In this document: positions 1 through 8,840 of the stretch, piece by piece | Layout: each line of letters begins with the position of its first letter | How positions within the stretch are numbered: the stretch's first letter is position 1 | NCBI GenBank assembly: GCA_013822015.1 | Contig: PNJU01000004.1 | Span: 28,685 to 92,684 of the forward strand | Source: Candidatus Puniceispirillum sp. | Lineage (GTDB): Bacteria > Pseudomonadota > Alphaproteobacteria > Caedimonadales > UBA1908 | DNA: 64,000 nucleotides | Direction: 5' to 3' | Notes under the pieces: generated by a model | What the model saw: only the letters and a program-made list of their open reading frames with translations | The model's database searches: none | What the model was told of the DNA's origin: nothing | Translations under genes and position numbers: made by a program

Positions 1-54
1 CAAGCAATGTAGGGTAGAGATTCCCGATAGGTTTTAAGTAAAAGGAATTATTTC

Positions 55-357
55 ATGTCTCGTCGTTGTCCCATTACCTCCAAAGGTGTGATGTCCGGAA
101 ATAACGTATCCCACGCCAATAACAAAACACGTCGTCGCTTTTTGCCCAACATGCAAGAGGTTACCTTCATCAGCGAAACCCTTGGAAAAGTGCGCATGAA
201 GGTCTCTGCACGTGCCATTCGTACCATTGAGAAGAACGGTGGTATTGACGCGTATTTTGCAAAGACATCCAACCTGAAGCTTTCCGCGGAAGCACGCACT
301 TTCAAGCGCCGCTTGGAGAAGGCTGCTGCGTCAAAGTCTTTCGCAAAAGCTGCTTAA
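55..357 (+). CDS. rpmB: 50S ribosomal protein L28
   Basis: 100-aa ORF. The N-terminus [32 protein letters not shown] is the L28 signature. A hairpin terminator follows. Confidence 0.95.
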   Translation: MSRRCPITSKGVMSGNNVSHANNKTRRRFLPNMQEVTFISETLGKVRMKVSARAIRTIEKNGGIDAYFAKTSNLKLSAEARTFKRRLEKAAASKSFAKAA

Positions 358-370
358 GCTCATTTTTTGA

Positions 371-397
371 AAAGGGCCCCTTTGAGGGCCCTTTTTC
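371..397 (+). terminator. Rho-independent terminator after rpmB
   Basis: GGGCCC (374-379) / loop / GGGCCC (386-391), followed by TTTTT (392-396). Confidence 0.7.
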
Positions 398-406
398 TAT
401 GCATTC

Positions 407-1174
407 ATGGACCCAGCACTCACCCTCATTGAAGCCCTCCAAAGCTTGCCCTCAGAGGCTGTGTGTATCCTATCTTTTCTTGTCGTCAGCGCCTCCCTTT
501 TCCTCACAGCACGTTTTTTCGGCAAGAGTGGCTTGCTGATCTATAGCGTCTTAGCTCTTCTTGTTGGAAACATTCAGGTTCTAAAAGGCATTTCTGTGTC
601 CTTCTGGGACACCCCCATTGCCATGGGCACGACGATTTTTTCAGCCACCTTTGTGATCAGTGACATCCTCACCCAGGTTTACGGCAAAAAGGATGCCTTT
701 CGCGCTGTGCTTCTAGGTTTCTGGTCAACCTTTCTCGTGGCAATCCTCATGACCCTGGCCCTGGGTGTGCGCCCACTTGGCGTGCCAGTAACCCATCCTG
801 ATTTTCATTTTGACGCAGCCCATGAGGCCATGATGGTGCTTTTTGCGCCCGCACCACGCCTGCTTCTGGCCAGCCTCACCGCCTATCTTGTTTCCCAGGC
901 ACTCGACATCACCCTCTTTGATTGGCTCAAGCGCACAACGCCCCTGCCCCTTGTGTTGCGCGCGGCTGTCACAACGGCGCTGGCCTTCTTTGTGGATAAC
1001 ACAGTCTTTAGTCTTCTTGCATGGCGCCTTTTCTCACCCACACCCGTTCCCTGGGATAGTCTTTTTTATTCATATATAATGGGAACTTATTTTGTACGCG
1101 TGGGCGTGAGCATTCTCTTTCTCCCTCTCATTGCCAGCGTTTGTAAAACCCTCTCCAAAAGGCGTCTGCCATGA
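407..1174 (+). CDS. yhhQ: Queuosine-precursor transporter, YhhQ/VUT (DUF165) family membrane protein
   Basis: 255-aa polytopic hydrophobic ORF with a YhhQ-like core (FVISDILTQVYGKKDAFRAV). Its stop overlaps the tgt start (ATGA). Confidence 0.75.
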   Translation: MDPALTLIEALQSLPSEAVCILSFLVVSASLFLTARFFGKSGLLIYSVLALLVGNIQVLKGISVSFWDTPIAMGTTIFSATFVISDILTQVYGKKDAFRAVLLGFWSTFLVAILMTLALGVRPLGVPVTHPDFHFDAAHEAMMVLFAPAPRLLLASLTAYLVSQALDITLFDWLKRTTPLPLVLRAAVTTALAFFVDNTVFSLLAWRLFSPTPVPWDSLFYSYIMGTYFVRVGVSILFLPLIASVCKTLSKRRLP

Positions 1175-2379
1175 TCGATTACCCAAATCACCGCTTTGAT
1201 ATCACATTTCGCGATCCACATTCTCGCGCACGCCTTGGCACCCTTCACACACCCCATGGGTCTGTTCAAACGCCAGCCTTCATTTTTTGCGCCACAAAGG
1301 CGGCCATTAAAGGGCTTTCACCTGCGCAGATGCGCGCCGCCAACACCCAGATCATCCTTTCAAACACCTACCACTTGATGCTGCAGCCCGGCAGTGAGCT
1401 CGTGGCCAAAATGGGTGGTCTGCACAAATTTATGGGCTGGGATGGCCCTCTTTTGACGGACTCAGGTGGGTTTCAGATTTTTAGCTTAGGCCATGGCTCT
1501 GTGGCCAGTGAGGTGAAAGGTCGCCGTATGTCGGGCCGTGAAAAGAAGCTCTACACCATCACTGAGGAAGGTGCACAGTTTCGCTCCTATGTCGATGGAC
1601 GCCTTCACACCCTCACGCCAGAGCGCGCCATGAAAGTCCAACGTGAGCTGGGACCCGATATCGCTCTTGTCCTTGATGAGTGTACACCCTTCCATGTGGA
1701 TAAAGACTATACGAGGCGCTCCATGCATCTTTCGCACCGCTGGGCACTCAGGTCCATCGCAGCCTTTCAAGCCCATCACACGGGCGTCCAGGCCCTTTAT
1801 GGCATTATCCAGGGAGGGGTGTATCCGGATCTAAGAAAGGAGTCCGCCTCATTTGTGGGTGGGCAGCCCTTCTTCGGCCATGCGGTTGGCGGATCCTTGG
1901 GCGCTGACAAAGAGCAAATGTACGACGTTGTGGCCATGACCATGGAACAGCTTCCCCAAGATAAACCAGTTCATTTGCTTGGCATCGGCGGCATTCGGGA
2001 CATTTTCAACGGCGTGCGTGAAGGCATTGATACCTTTGACTGCGTCCACCCCACACGCCTTGCAAGGCACGGCGGCGCCCTGGTGACCACAGCTGTGCCT
2101 CCCCGTGACGCGCAGGATACACGCGAGCACATCAATCTCAATAATGCGGCCTATAGAGACGATCCGTCGCCCATTGATCCGTCTTGCCGGTGTGATACGT
2201 GTACAACCGTTTCACGGGCGTACATTCACCACCTCCTGAAGGCCAAGGAAATTCAAGCACACCAGCTCATCACCTTCCACAATGTGTTTCACATGAACAG
2301 GCTTTTAGAGGCTGTGCGCGCGGCGATCGCAACCGGCACCTTGAAGGAAGAAGAAAAGAACTGGATTCGGGGGAGCTAG
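1171..2379 (+). CDS. tgt: tRNA-guanine transglycosylase (queuine tRNA-ribosyltransferase)
   Basis: 402 aa. Has the LTDSGGFQIFSL catalytic-Asp motif, LLGIGG, and the zinc site CRCDTC...H. The pocket motif is atypical (see findings). Confidence 0.9.
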   Translation: MIDYPNHRFDITFRDPHSRARLGTLHTPHGSVQTPAFIFCATKAAIKGLSPAQMRAANTQIILSNTYHLMLQPGSELVAKMGGLHKFMGWDGPLLTDSGGFQIFSLGHGSVASEVKGRRMSGREKKLYTITEEGAQFRSYVDGRLHTLTPERAMKVQRELGPDIALVLDECTPFHVDKDYTRRSMHLSHRWALRSIAAFQAHHTGVQALYGIIQGGVYPDLRKESASFVGGQPFFGHAVGGSLGADKEQMYDVVAMTMEQLPQDKPVHLLGIGGIRDIFNGVREGIDTFDCVHPTRLARHGGALVTTAVPPRDAQDTREHINLNNAAYRDDPSPIDPSCRCDTCTTVSRAYIHHLLKAKEIQAHQLITFHNVFHMNRLLEAVRAAIATGTLKEEEKNWIRGS

Positions 2380-2446
2380 ATGAGGGTCTTAACGTGCGAC
2401 CAGGGCTCCTCTGGCCGCACGCGTCATAAATGTTTTTTGTGAAGAG

Positions 2447-3433
2447 TTAGCTCTTTGCACCAACGATGGTTCCGTGTTGTAGGAGCCCTTTTGACAGCAC
2501 AATACCTAACTTTGCTGCCGCTGTGGGATTCAAAACAAGACGCGTTTTCTCAGGGTGCTCGACCTTAAGAGCGTGGGCTTTTGCGCCGGTCAGAATTTTG
2601 GCCACAAGGGCGCCAACTTGTGCACCCTGGTCCCTGTAGTCGTACCCGCGCATACCTACAAGCCCTTTTTCTACAAGCATAATGTCGGCAGCGTATATGG
2701 GAAGCTTGTGTTTTTGACAGACCTTGATGGCGGCCTCAAGACCCGATGCGACGGTATTATCATTGGCGACGTAGATAGCATCGACCTTGCCAACCAAGGA
2801 TGTTGCCCCCTGCCCCACTTCAGTCACTTTACTCACAGCTTGTGTGATGACCTTCAAACCTAAGCCGGTGGCTGCTTTCTCGACAAGTGACACAGCTGTG
2901 ACAGAGTTCGCTTCACCGGGGTTAAACAGCATCCCAATGGTTTTGACGCTAGGCTGAACCTCTTGGATAAAGGCCAACTGATCCGGAAAATCGGGTAAAT
3001 CACTCACGCCGGTCACCTCCATGGCGGTGTTGTTCTCTTTTTCAGATGGCAAAATTTTTGCGGCCACTGGGTCTGTGATTGCGCCAAACACGATGGGGAT
3101 CTTGCCTCCTGCCGCCTTCACGACTGTTTGTGCGGATGGAGTGGAAATGGCCACGATGGCGTCAGGATTTTCACTTGCAAATTTTTTGGCGATTTGTGCG
3201 GCTGTTGTCAAATTACCTTGAGCAGACTCCTGTTTGACCGTCAAAACGGACTCTCCAAATCCGTTACTGCGCAGATAATCAATGGCACCAGCGGCAACGG
3301 CGTCAAGGGCCGGGTGGTCGACGATCTGTGTCACCAGCAAGATTTTTTTGGGTGAGGCGTGGGCGCTCCCCGCTATGCCAAGAAGCACGCTTACGCCTAT
3401 GAGTGTTTTTCTTATTGTTTTCATCTCTGACAA
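2447..3433 (-). CDS. ABC transporter substrate-binding protein (ABC_sub_bind / BMP-like family), periplasmic
   Basis: 328 aa with a signal peptide. Family-typical blocks are VDHPALDA, ISTPSAQ, IPIVFGAITDPV and TGVSD. No permease or ATPase gene is adjacent. Confidence 0.8.
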   Translation of the reverse strand: MSEMKTIRKTLIGVSVLLGIAGSAHASPKKILLVTQIVDHPALDAVAAGAIDYLRSNGFGESVLTVKQESAQGNLTTAAQIAKKFASENPDAIVAISTPSAQTVVKAAGGKIPIVFGAITDPVAAKILPSEKENNTAMEVTGVSDLPDFPDQLAFIQEVQPSVKTIGMLFNPGEANSVTAVSLVEKAATGLGLKVITQAVSKVTEVGQGATSLVGKVDAIYVANDNTVASGLEAAIKVCQKHKLPIYAADIMLVEKGLVGMRGYDYRDQGAQVGALVAKILTGAKAHALKVEHPEKTRLVLNPTAAAKLGIVLSKGLLQHGTIVGAKS

Positions 3434-3457
3434 TCCTGTGGTCTCACTTTACTCAAA

Positions 3458-4321
3458 CTAAAATTTCCCAATTGGCAAACCAGAGAGATGGCTTGCAAGT
3501 TTATCTAAATCCATCATGGACTTAAAGCTTATGCGGATTTCACCTCCCTGCCCTTTTGCTTCAATGCGAGTGGCAAGTCCCAAGTGCTGGGTCAAAATAT
3601 CCTCAAGGGATGCAAGATCTGGATCAACTCCTGAAGAGCTCTTTGTCTTAGGCTTCTTCTCTTTTGCTGCTGCTTCCGTTTGGCGCACATTGAGTTTTTG
3701 GCTGATAATTTGCTCTGCCAAAGCCTCAGGGTCGCTTGATGTTAAGAGGGCTCTTGCGTGTCCAGCACTGAGCTGACCCGATTCTAGATAATGGCGAATC
3801 TTCTCAGGAAGAGCTAAAAGACGCACTGTGTTGGCCACATGGCTTCTACTTTTTCCGACATTTTGAGAGACTTCTTCTTGTGTATAGGAGAAGTCATCCA
3901 TGAGTCTTTTATAGCCTTCCCCTTCTTCAATAGGGTTGAGATCTGCGCGCTGAACATTTTCGGTAATAGCTACCTCTAAGGTTTGGCGGTCATCAAGCTC
4001 CTTTACAAGAACAGGCACTTGTGTGAGTCCAGCTTTTTTGGCGGCCTGCCATCGGCGCTCTCCCGCAACAATCTCATAGGAAGTCACCCTGTTTTGAAGT
4101 GGTCGCACGATGAGGGGCTGAAGGATGCCTTGCTTCTCAATGGACCTTGCAAGATCATCAAGATGGTTTGGATCAAAGTGTTGTCTGGGCTGATAGGGAC
4201 CTGGCGCCACATCATTGATACTGATAAAGCGCACGTCACCTGGTGTCTCCACTTTGCCTGCGAGCGTATCGACGCTTAAAAGAGCAGAAAGGCCGCGACC
4301 GAGGGAAGTGTGTGTGCTCAT
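3458..4321 (-). CDS. parB: Chromosome partitioning protein ParB
   Basis: 287 aa with the GERRWQAAKKAGL box and an HTH region. Overlaps the parA stop by 4 nt. Confidence 0.93.
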   Translation of the reverse strand: MSTHTSLGRGLSALLSVDTLAGKVETPGDVRFISINDVAPGPYQPRQHFDPNHLDDLARSIEKQGILQPLIVRPLQNRVTSYEIVAGERRWQAAKKAGLTQVPVLVKELDDRQTLEVAITENVQRADLNPIEEGEGYKRLMDDFSYTQEEVSQNVGKSRSHVANTVRLLALPEKIRHYLESGQLSAGHARALLTSSDPEALAEQIISQKLNVRQTEAAAKEKKPKTKSSSGVDPDLASLEDILTQHLGLATRIEAKGQGGEIRISFKSMMDLDKLASHLSGLPIGKF

Positions 4322-5088
4322 GCGTGTACTCCGTGTTTTGTCAGTAGCTCACCTGCAAGCTTCATGTAAGCCATGGATCCGGGGCTTTTGACGTCGTAAA
4401 TCAGAACTGGGTGACCAAAGGATGGCGCCTCAGAAACCTTCGTATTTCGGGGGATAATACTATCAAAGACATATCCTCCAAAGTGTTTTTTTGCGTCTTG
4501 AGCCACTTGATCAGAAAGGGAGCTTCTTTTGTCGTACATAGTCATGACAATGCCCTCAAGCTTCAGATCTGGATTCAGATAGCTTTGAGCGTAGTGAATG
4601 GTTTTGATGAGGCGGCTCAGTCCGTCAAGGGCGTAAAACTCGCACTGCAAGGGGATGAGAACACTGCCAGAGGCAGAAAGGGCATTCAAGGTCAGCAGAC
4701 CCAGTGTGGGTGGACAATCAATGATGATATAATCGTAGTCGTTTTGACATCCAGAAAAAGCTTTTTTGAGAAAAAATTCGCGCTCAGATTGCTCAACCAG
4801 TTCGATCTCAGCGCCGGCCAAATCTGGTGATGCAAGAAGGAGGTCAAGATGCGTGATGCGGGTCTTGATGGCAACTTCCGACACTTTTGTCAGCCCACAA
4901 AGAACCTCGTAGCTCCCTTTTCTGTCTTGTTTTTCAAAAACACCGACACCTGTGCTGGCGTTTCCTTGTGGATCAAGGTCAACAAGAAGCACACGCCGAC
5001 CAACGGCAGCAAGCGCCGTAGAAAGATTAACGGCCGTCGTGGTTTTCCCCACACCGCCCTTCTGGTTTGCTATGGATATGATCTTCAT
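4318..5088 (-). CDS. parA: Chromosome partitioning ATPase ParA
   Basis: 256 aa with the deviant Walker A motif KGGVGKTTTAVNL. Confidence 0.93.
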   Translation of the reverse strand: MKIISIANQKGGVGKTTTAVNLSTALAAVGRRVLLVDLDPQGNASTGVGVFEKQDRKGSYEVLCGLTKVSEVAIKTRITHLDLLLASPDLAGAEIELVEQSEREFFLKKAFSGCQNDYDYIIIDCPPTLGLLTLNALSASGSVLIPLQCEFYALDGLSRLIKTIHYAQSYLNPDLKLEGIVMTMYDKRSSLSDQVAQDAKKHFGGYVFDSIIPRNTKVSEAPSFGHPVLIYDVKSPGSMAYMKLAGELLTKHGVHA

Positions 5089-5677
5089 GGATCTTAGGCC
5101 TCACATGTTTCAGGATCAAAATTGTTCCATCTGATGAAGTTATACTCTCTTTTTGCTCCAGATCAAAGGACCACTTTTGCCTCGCTTCATTTATTTCTTC
5201 GGCCGCGCCACGCCCCTTTAGAAAGATACAGCGCCCTTCCTTTTTAAGTAGCGGTTGAGCAAAAGATAAGAGCTGATCTAGGGAGGCAAGGGCACGGGAC
5301 GTGACAACATCGACGTTGTTGAGGGCAGATTCTTCGATGCGCCCTTCATACACATCAAAGGAGAGAGAAAGCTGTCGTCTTACCTCTCTTAAGAAAGAGC
5401 ATTTTTTGTGATTGGACTCCATGAGGGAAAGATTCTCAAGCCCAAGAATGGAGAGCACAACACCGGGAAAGCCACCGCCACTCCCCATGTCCGCAACAAC
5501 TGATTCCGTTTCAATGAGTGGGAGAAGTTGAGCGCTGTCAATGATGTGCCGGCCCCAAATGTCTGCGATTGTTTCACGTGAAACAAGATTGTGGGTTTTT
5601 TGCCACTTCAAGAGGAGCACCTCAAACGACCTGAGGCGCTCCATTGTTTCACGTGAAACACTGAAGGGAAAGTCCAT
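5027..5677 (-). CDS. rsmG: 16S rRNA (guanine527-N7)-methyltransferase RsmG (GidB)
   Basis: 216 aa with two VSRET motifs and the SAM motif DMGSGGGFPG. The 3-prime end overlaps parA by 62 nt. Confidence 0.9.
   Translation of the reverse strand: MDFPFSVSRETMERLRSFEVLLLKWQKTHNLVSRETIADIWGRHIIDSAQLLPLIETESVVADMGSGGGFPGVVLSILGLENLSLMESNHKKCSFLREVRRQLSLSFDVYEGRIEESALNNVDVVTSRALASLDQLLSFAQPLLKKEGRCIFLKGRGAAEEINEARQKWSFDLEQKESITSSDGTILILKHVRPKIHEDHIHSKPEGRCGENHDGR
5570..5585. other. parS centromere-like site (perfect 16-bp palindrome TGTTTCACGTGAAACA)
   Basis: Exact palindrome read in the sequence. It lies inside rsmG, encodes VSRET, and is adjacent to parAB. Confidence 0.85.
5645..5660. other. parS centromere-like site (second perfect TGTTTCACGTGAAACA)
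   Basis: Identical 16-mer, 75 bp from the first, also inside rsmG. Confidence 0.85.
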
Positions 5678-5682
5678 GTAAA

Positions 5683-6939
5683 TTATGAGTTCATGGATTG
5701 GAAGAAATCATCATTTGACTTTGTGTTGCGGAGCTTCTCAAGAATGAAGTCCATGCCATCATGGGCACCCATGGGTGCCACGATGCGGCGCAAGACCCAC
5801 ATCTTGGAAAGCCTTCCCTTATCCACAAGAAGGTCTTCCTTACGGGTTCCAGATCTTGTGATATCAATGGCCGGGAAGATACGCTTATCGGAGAGTTTGC
5901 GATCAAGAACAATTTCACAGTTACCCGTTCCCTTGAACTCTTCAAAGATTACCTCGTCCATACGAGATCCCGTTTCTACAAGAGCTGTCGCGATGATGGT
6001 CAGTGAGCCGCCGTCCTCAATGTTACGGGCCGCTCCAAAGAAGCGCTTTGGCTTTTGAAGGGCATTTGCATCCACACCACCGGTCAAAACCTTTCCTGAT
6101 GAAGGGACAACGGTGTTGTAAGCACGCGCAAGCCTTGTGATGTTATCCAAAAGGATCACAACATCGCGTCCGTGCTCAACGAGGCGTTTCGCTTTTTCGA
6201 TAACCATTTCAGCCACTTGCACGTGTCGCGTTGCTGGCTCGTCGAAGGTGGAGCTGACAACCTCACCCTTGACGCACCTGGCCATGTCCGTCACTTCTTC
6301 GGGACGCTCGTCGATCAAGAGAACGATGAGGTAAACCTCAGGATGGTTCTTTTCGATAGAGTGCGCAATTTGTTGCAGCATGATCGTCTTACCAGAACGG
6401 GGAGGTGCGGTTATGAGAGCACGCTGACCTTTACCCAGAGGGCTGATGAGCTCAATGACGCGTTGAGTTAGGTGCTCGTTTCCTGGATCTTCAATTTCAA
6501 GCTTAAGTTTTTCCTCTGGGTACAAGGGGATAAGGTTGTCAAAGTTGATACGATGACGTGCTTTTCCGGGATCTTCGAAGTTGATGGTGTTGAGCTTCAA
6601 AAGAGCGAAGTAACGTTCACCTTCTTTGGGGGAGCGGATTTGCCCCGCAACCGTATCTCCCGTGCGAAGGCCAAAACGTCGCACCTGAGAGGGTGAGATG
6701 TAAATATCGTCAGGGCCGGGCAGGTAACTCGCGTGCTGTGAGCGCAAAAAGGCGAAGCCATCCTGGAGAATTTCAACGGTCCCCTCACCAAAGATTGGCA
6801 TATCTTTTTCTGCAAGTTTTTTCAGGATGCTAAAAACAAGATCTTGTTTTTTAAGGGTACTTGCGTTTTCAACTTCATGTTCTTCAGCAAGAGCAAGAAG
6901 CTCAGCAGGGGCCTTGGCCTTGAGTTCGTTGATATTCAT
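5683..6939 (-). CDS. rho: Transcription termination factor Rho
   Basis: 418 aa with an N-terminal RNA-binding domain, P-loop PPRSGKT, and the conserved C-terminus. Confidence 0.97.
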   Translation of the reverse strand: MNINELKAKAPAELLALAEEHEVENASTLKKQDLVFSILKKLAEKDMPIFGEGTVEILQDGFAFLRSQHASYLPGPDDIYISPSQVRRFGLRTGDTVAGQIRSPKEGERYFALLKLNTINFEDPGKARHRINFDNLIPLYPEEKLKLEIEDPGNEHLTQRVIELISPLGKGQRALITAPPRSGKTIMLQQIAHSIEKNHPEVYLIVLLIDERPEEVTDMARCVKGEVVSSTFDEPATRHVQVAEMVIEKAKRLVEHGRDVVILLDNITRLARAYNTVVPSSGKVLTGGVDANALQKPKRFFGAARNIEDGGSLTIIATALVETGSRMDEVIFEEFKGTGNCEIVLDRKLSDKRIFPAIDITRSGTRKEDLLVDKGRLSKMWVLRRIVAPMGAHDGMDFILEKLRNTKSNDDFFQSMNS

Positions 6940-7011
6940 AGGGGTGGATTCTCTCAGAAAGGGTTGTGTTAAAGAGTGTGACGAAAATCGTTAGACATTC
7001 TATCTATACCC

Positions 7012-7470
7012 CTAGAATGGCTTTAAGACAACCAAAAAGACGATAAAAACCATCAAAAGGGCAACTACTTCATTTATAATACGAAAAAACCGTGAAGAGC
7101 GCGGTCGTTCGTCACGTGCAAAAGCGCGCATATTCGACACAAAAAAACCATGGAGGCCGCTAAGCCCCAGGACAAAGAGCATCTTTGTATGGAACCATAT
7201 GTTGGGCTTGGAAATCGTTCCCGGCACACACATCAAAAGGACACCAAACACAAAAACGGTTAACATGGCTGGCGTCATGATAAAGCGCACGAGACGATGC
7301 TCCATCACTTTAAGGTGCTGGGAAAACTCTCCTCCCACGGGGGCATCTGCGTGATAAACAAACAAACGAGGCAGATAGAGAATCGCCGCCATCCAGGAGA
7401 TGACAGCAACAATGTGAAGCGCTTTAAGGGGGAGGTAAAACTGCATGAGGAAAATTTGAAGCTGCTCCAC
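7012..7470 (-). CDS. hemJ: Protoporphyrinogen IX oxidase HemJ (UPF0093/CopD-like membrane protein)
   Basis: 152-aa 4-TM protein with KALHIVAVISWMAAILYLPRLFVYH. It directly follows hemE. The start is either GTG 7470 or ATG 7446. Confidence 0.8.
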   Translation of the reverse strand: MEQLQIFLMQFYLPLKALHIVAVISWMAAILYLPRLFVYHADAPVGGEFSQHLKVMEHRLVRFIMTPAMLTVFVFGVLLMCVPGTISKPNIWFHTKMLFVLGLSGLHGFFVSNMRAFARDERPRSSRFFRIINEVVALLMVFIVFLVVLKPF

Positions 7471-8517
7471 TTAGGCTACCTTTCTCGCTGCTGTGTCTTT
7501 CACCATCCCTAAAAAGGCATGGACATTGTCGATGGGGGTTGTGGGTAAAATCCCATGGGAAAGATTCATGATGAGGGGTTTGCCTTCAAAAGCTGTCATG
7601 GTTTGTTCAACGGCGGATCTTAAAAGATCCCCACCAGCCCTCAAAAGCTCCGGGTGAGGTCCTGTTTGGATGGGAAGATCCTTTGGTAAAGTCGTTGCAA
7701 GGGTATGGGGCAACTCAAGCTGATCGCAGGCCAAAGCGTCACAGGGAACACTTTCTTTGAATGAGCTAAGTTGATGCGCCGACAATCCCTTTGGAAAAAT
7801 GATAAGCGGGATGGAGGGATAAGCCTCATTCACGCGACGTGCCACTGCGCGAAGGGGCGCGAAAATCAGATCCTCTTGAAGTGGGGCAGGGACGCTGCCG
7901 GCCCAACTATCAAATATTTTCAAGACGTTTACGCCAGCCTTGGCCTGAGCAAGAAGATAGGCACTTGTTGCGTCTACCACACGTTCCTGAAGCCGTTTGA
8001 AGAGGGTAGGGTTCTCGAAATACAGCGAGAGAGTTTGTCCGTGGGCTTTACCCTTGGAGCCCTGCCCCTCGATCATATAGGTCATAACCGTCCAGGGAGC
8101 GCCGGCAAAGCCAATGAGCGCCTTTTCTGGGGGTAGGGTGGCCCTTACCGCACGAATCGCCTCCAGGATGGGTTCAATGATCTTCTCATCGATAGCCGTC
8201 GCTAAGGTTTCAAAATCTCGCAAAGACCCGATGGGTGGCAAAACTGGTCCTACACCGGACTCAAAATGCACTTTTTGACCCAGCGCGTGGGGCACCATCA
8301 GAATATCTGAGAAAATAATGGCCGCGTCTAAATCAAAACGCTTGAGCGGCTGAAGGGTTACTTCTGTTACCAAATCTGCGTGCCGGCAAAAGTCCATAAA
8401 TTGAGGGGCTTTTTTTCGTAGTTCTTTGAATTCAGGCAGATAGCGACCGGCTTGACGCATAATCCAAACGGGAGGTGTTTTTGAGATTTTCCCCCTTAAG
8501 GTGTCGACGAGTTTCAT
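7471..8517 (-). CDS. hemE: Uroporphyrinogen decarboxylase
   Basis: 348 aa with the PVWIMRQAGRYLPEF signature. Confidence 0.95.
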   Translation of the reverse strand: MKLVDTLRGKISKTPPVWIMRQAGRYLPEFKELRKKAPQFMDFCRHADLVTEVTLQPLKRFDLDAAIIFSDILMVPHALGQKVHFESGVGPVLPPIGSLRDFETLATAIDEKIIEPILEAIRAVRATLPPEKALIGFAGAPWTVMTYMIEGQGSKGKAHGQTLSLYFENPTLFKRLQERVVDATSAYLLAQAKAGVNVLKIFDSWAGSVPAPLQEDLIFAPLRAVARRVNEAYPSIPLIIFPKGLSAHQLSSFKESVPCDALACDQLELPHTLATTLPKDLPIQTGPHPELLRAGGDLLRSAVEQTMTAFEGKPLIMNLSHGILPTTPIDNVHAFLGMVKDTAARKVA

Positions 8518-8693
8518 CCATCAAATCCTTAATAATTTATTTATAAGTTATATGTGGTTTTTGGTGGTGTGGAAAGCTTTTTGCACAAAGAGTTCGCGGG
8601 AAAGTTTTCCACGACGTTCATTTGATGTGTATGCTATTGATTTTATTGAGAAAAATATGGACAGAGTCTAACTTATTCGCATTTCAAGATGAC

Positions 8694-8702
8694 TTATCCA
8701 CA
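8694..8702 (+). promoter_or_regulatory. DnaA box TTATCCACA (perfect)
   Basis: Exact 9-mer in the intergenic region. Confidence 0.6.
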
Positions 8703-8703
8703 G

Positions 8704-8718
8704 TTAATCCTTTGTTAA
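8704..8718. promoter_or_regulatory. CtrA-type box TTAA-N7-TTAA
   Basis: TTAATCCTTTGTTAA begins 2 bp after the first DnaA box. Confidence 0.4.
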
Positions 8719-8802
8719 TAAACTGTGAGCGGGGGTGGACGAAGAGAGGAGAAAATTTATTAAGATTAAAAAAGGGATAAGTCCTGCACAGGCGTACAGG
8801 AC

Positions 8803-8811
8803 TTATCCACA
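8803..8811 (+). promoter_or_regulatory. DnaA box TTATCCACA (perfect), embedded in a 12-bp inverted repeat
   Basis: Exact 9-mer. The right arm of GGATAAGTCCTG (8775-8786) / CAGGACTTATCC (8797-8808) overlaps it. Confidence 0.6.
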
Positions 8812-8840
8812 GAATTTTACAAGAAGGGAAGCGGATCTGG

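Larger units (their letters stand above)
8518..8840. other. Candidate chromosomal replication origin (oriC) upstream of hemE
   Basis: Non-coding gap with two perfect and several degenerate DnaA boxes, a perfect TTAA-N7-TTAA, and an AT-rich tract at 8529-8553. The position next to hemE is the one typical of alphaproteobacterial origins. Confidence 0.55.

Noticed and set aside
358-406. Possible preQ1 riboswitch upstream of yhhQ
   Set aside because: The 49-nt gap is fully accounted for by the rpmB terminator hairpin. No preQ1-I/II-like consensus is visible.
1695-1703. Perfect DnaA-box 9-mers inside CDSs (1695-1703 in tgt; also 5819-5827 in rho and 13806-13814 in rimM)
   Set aside because: They are isolated, within conserved coding sequence, and have no AT-rich or clustered context. 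I do not treat them as origin elements, although their number is higher than chance and may reflect origin proximity.
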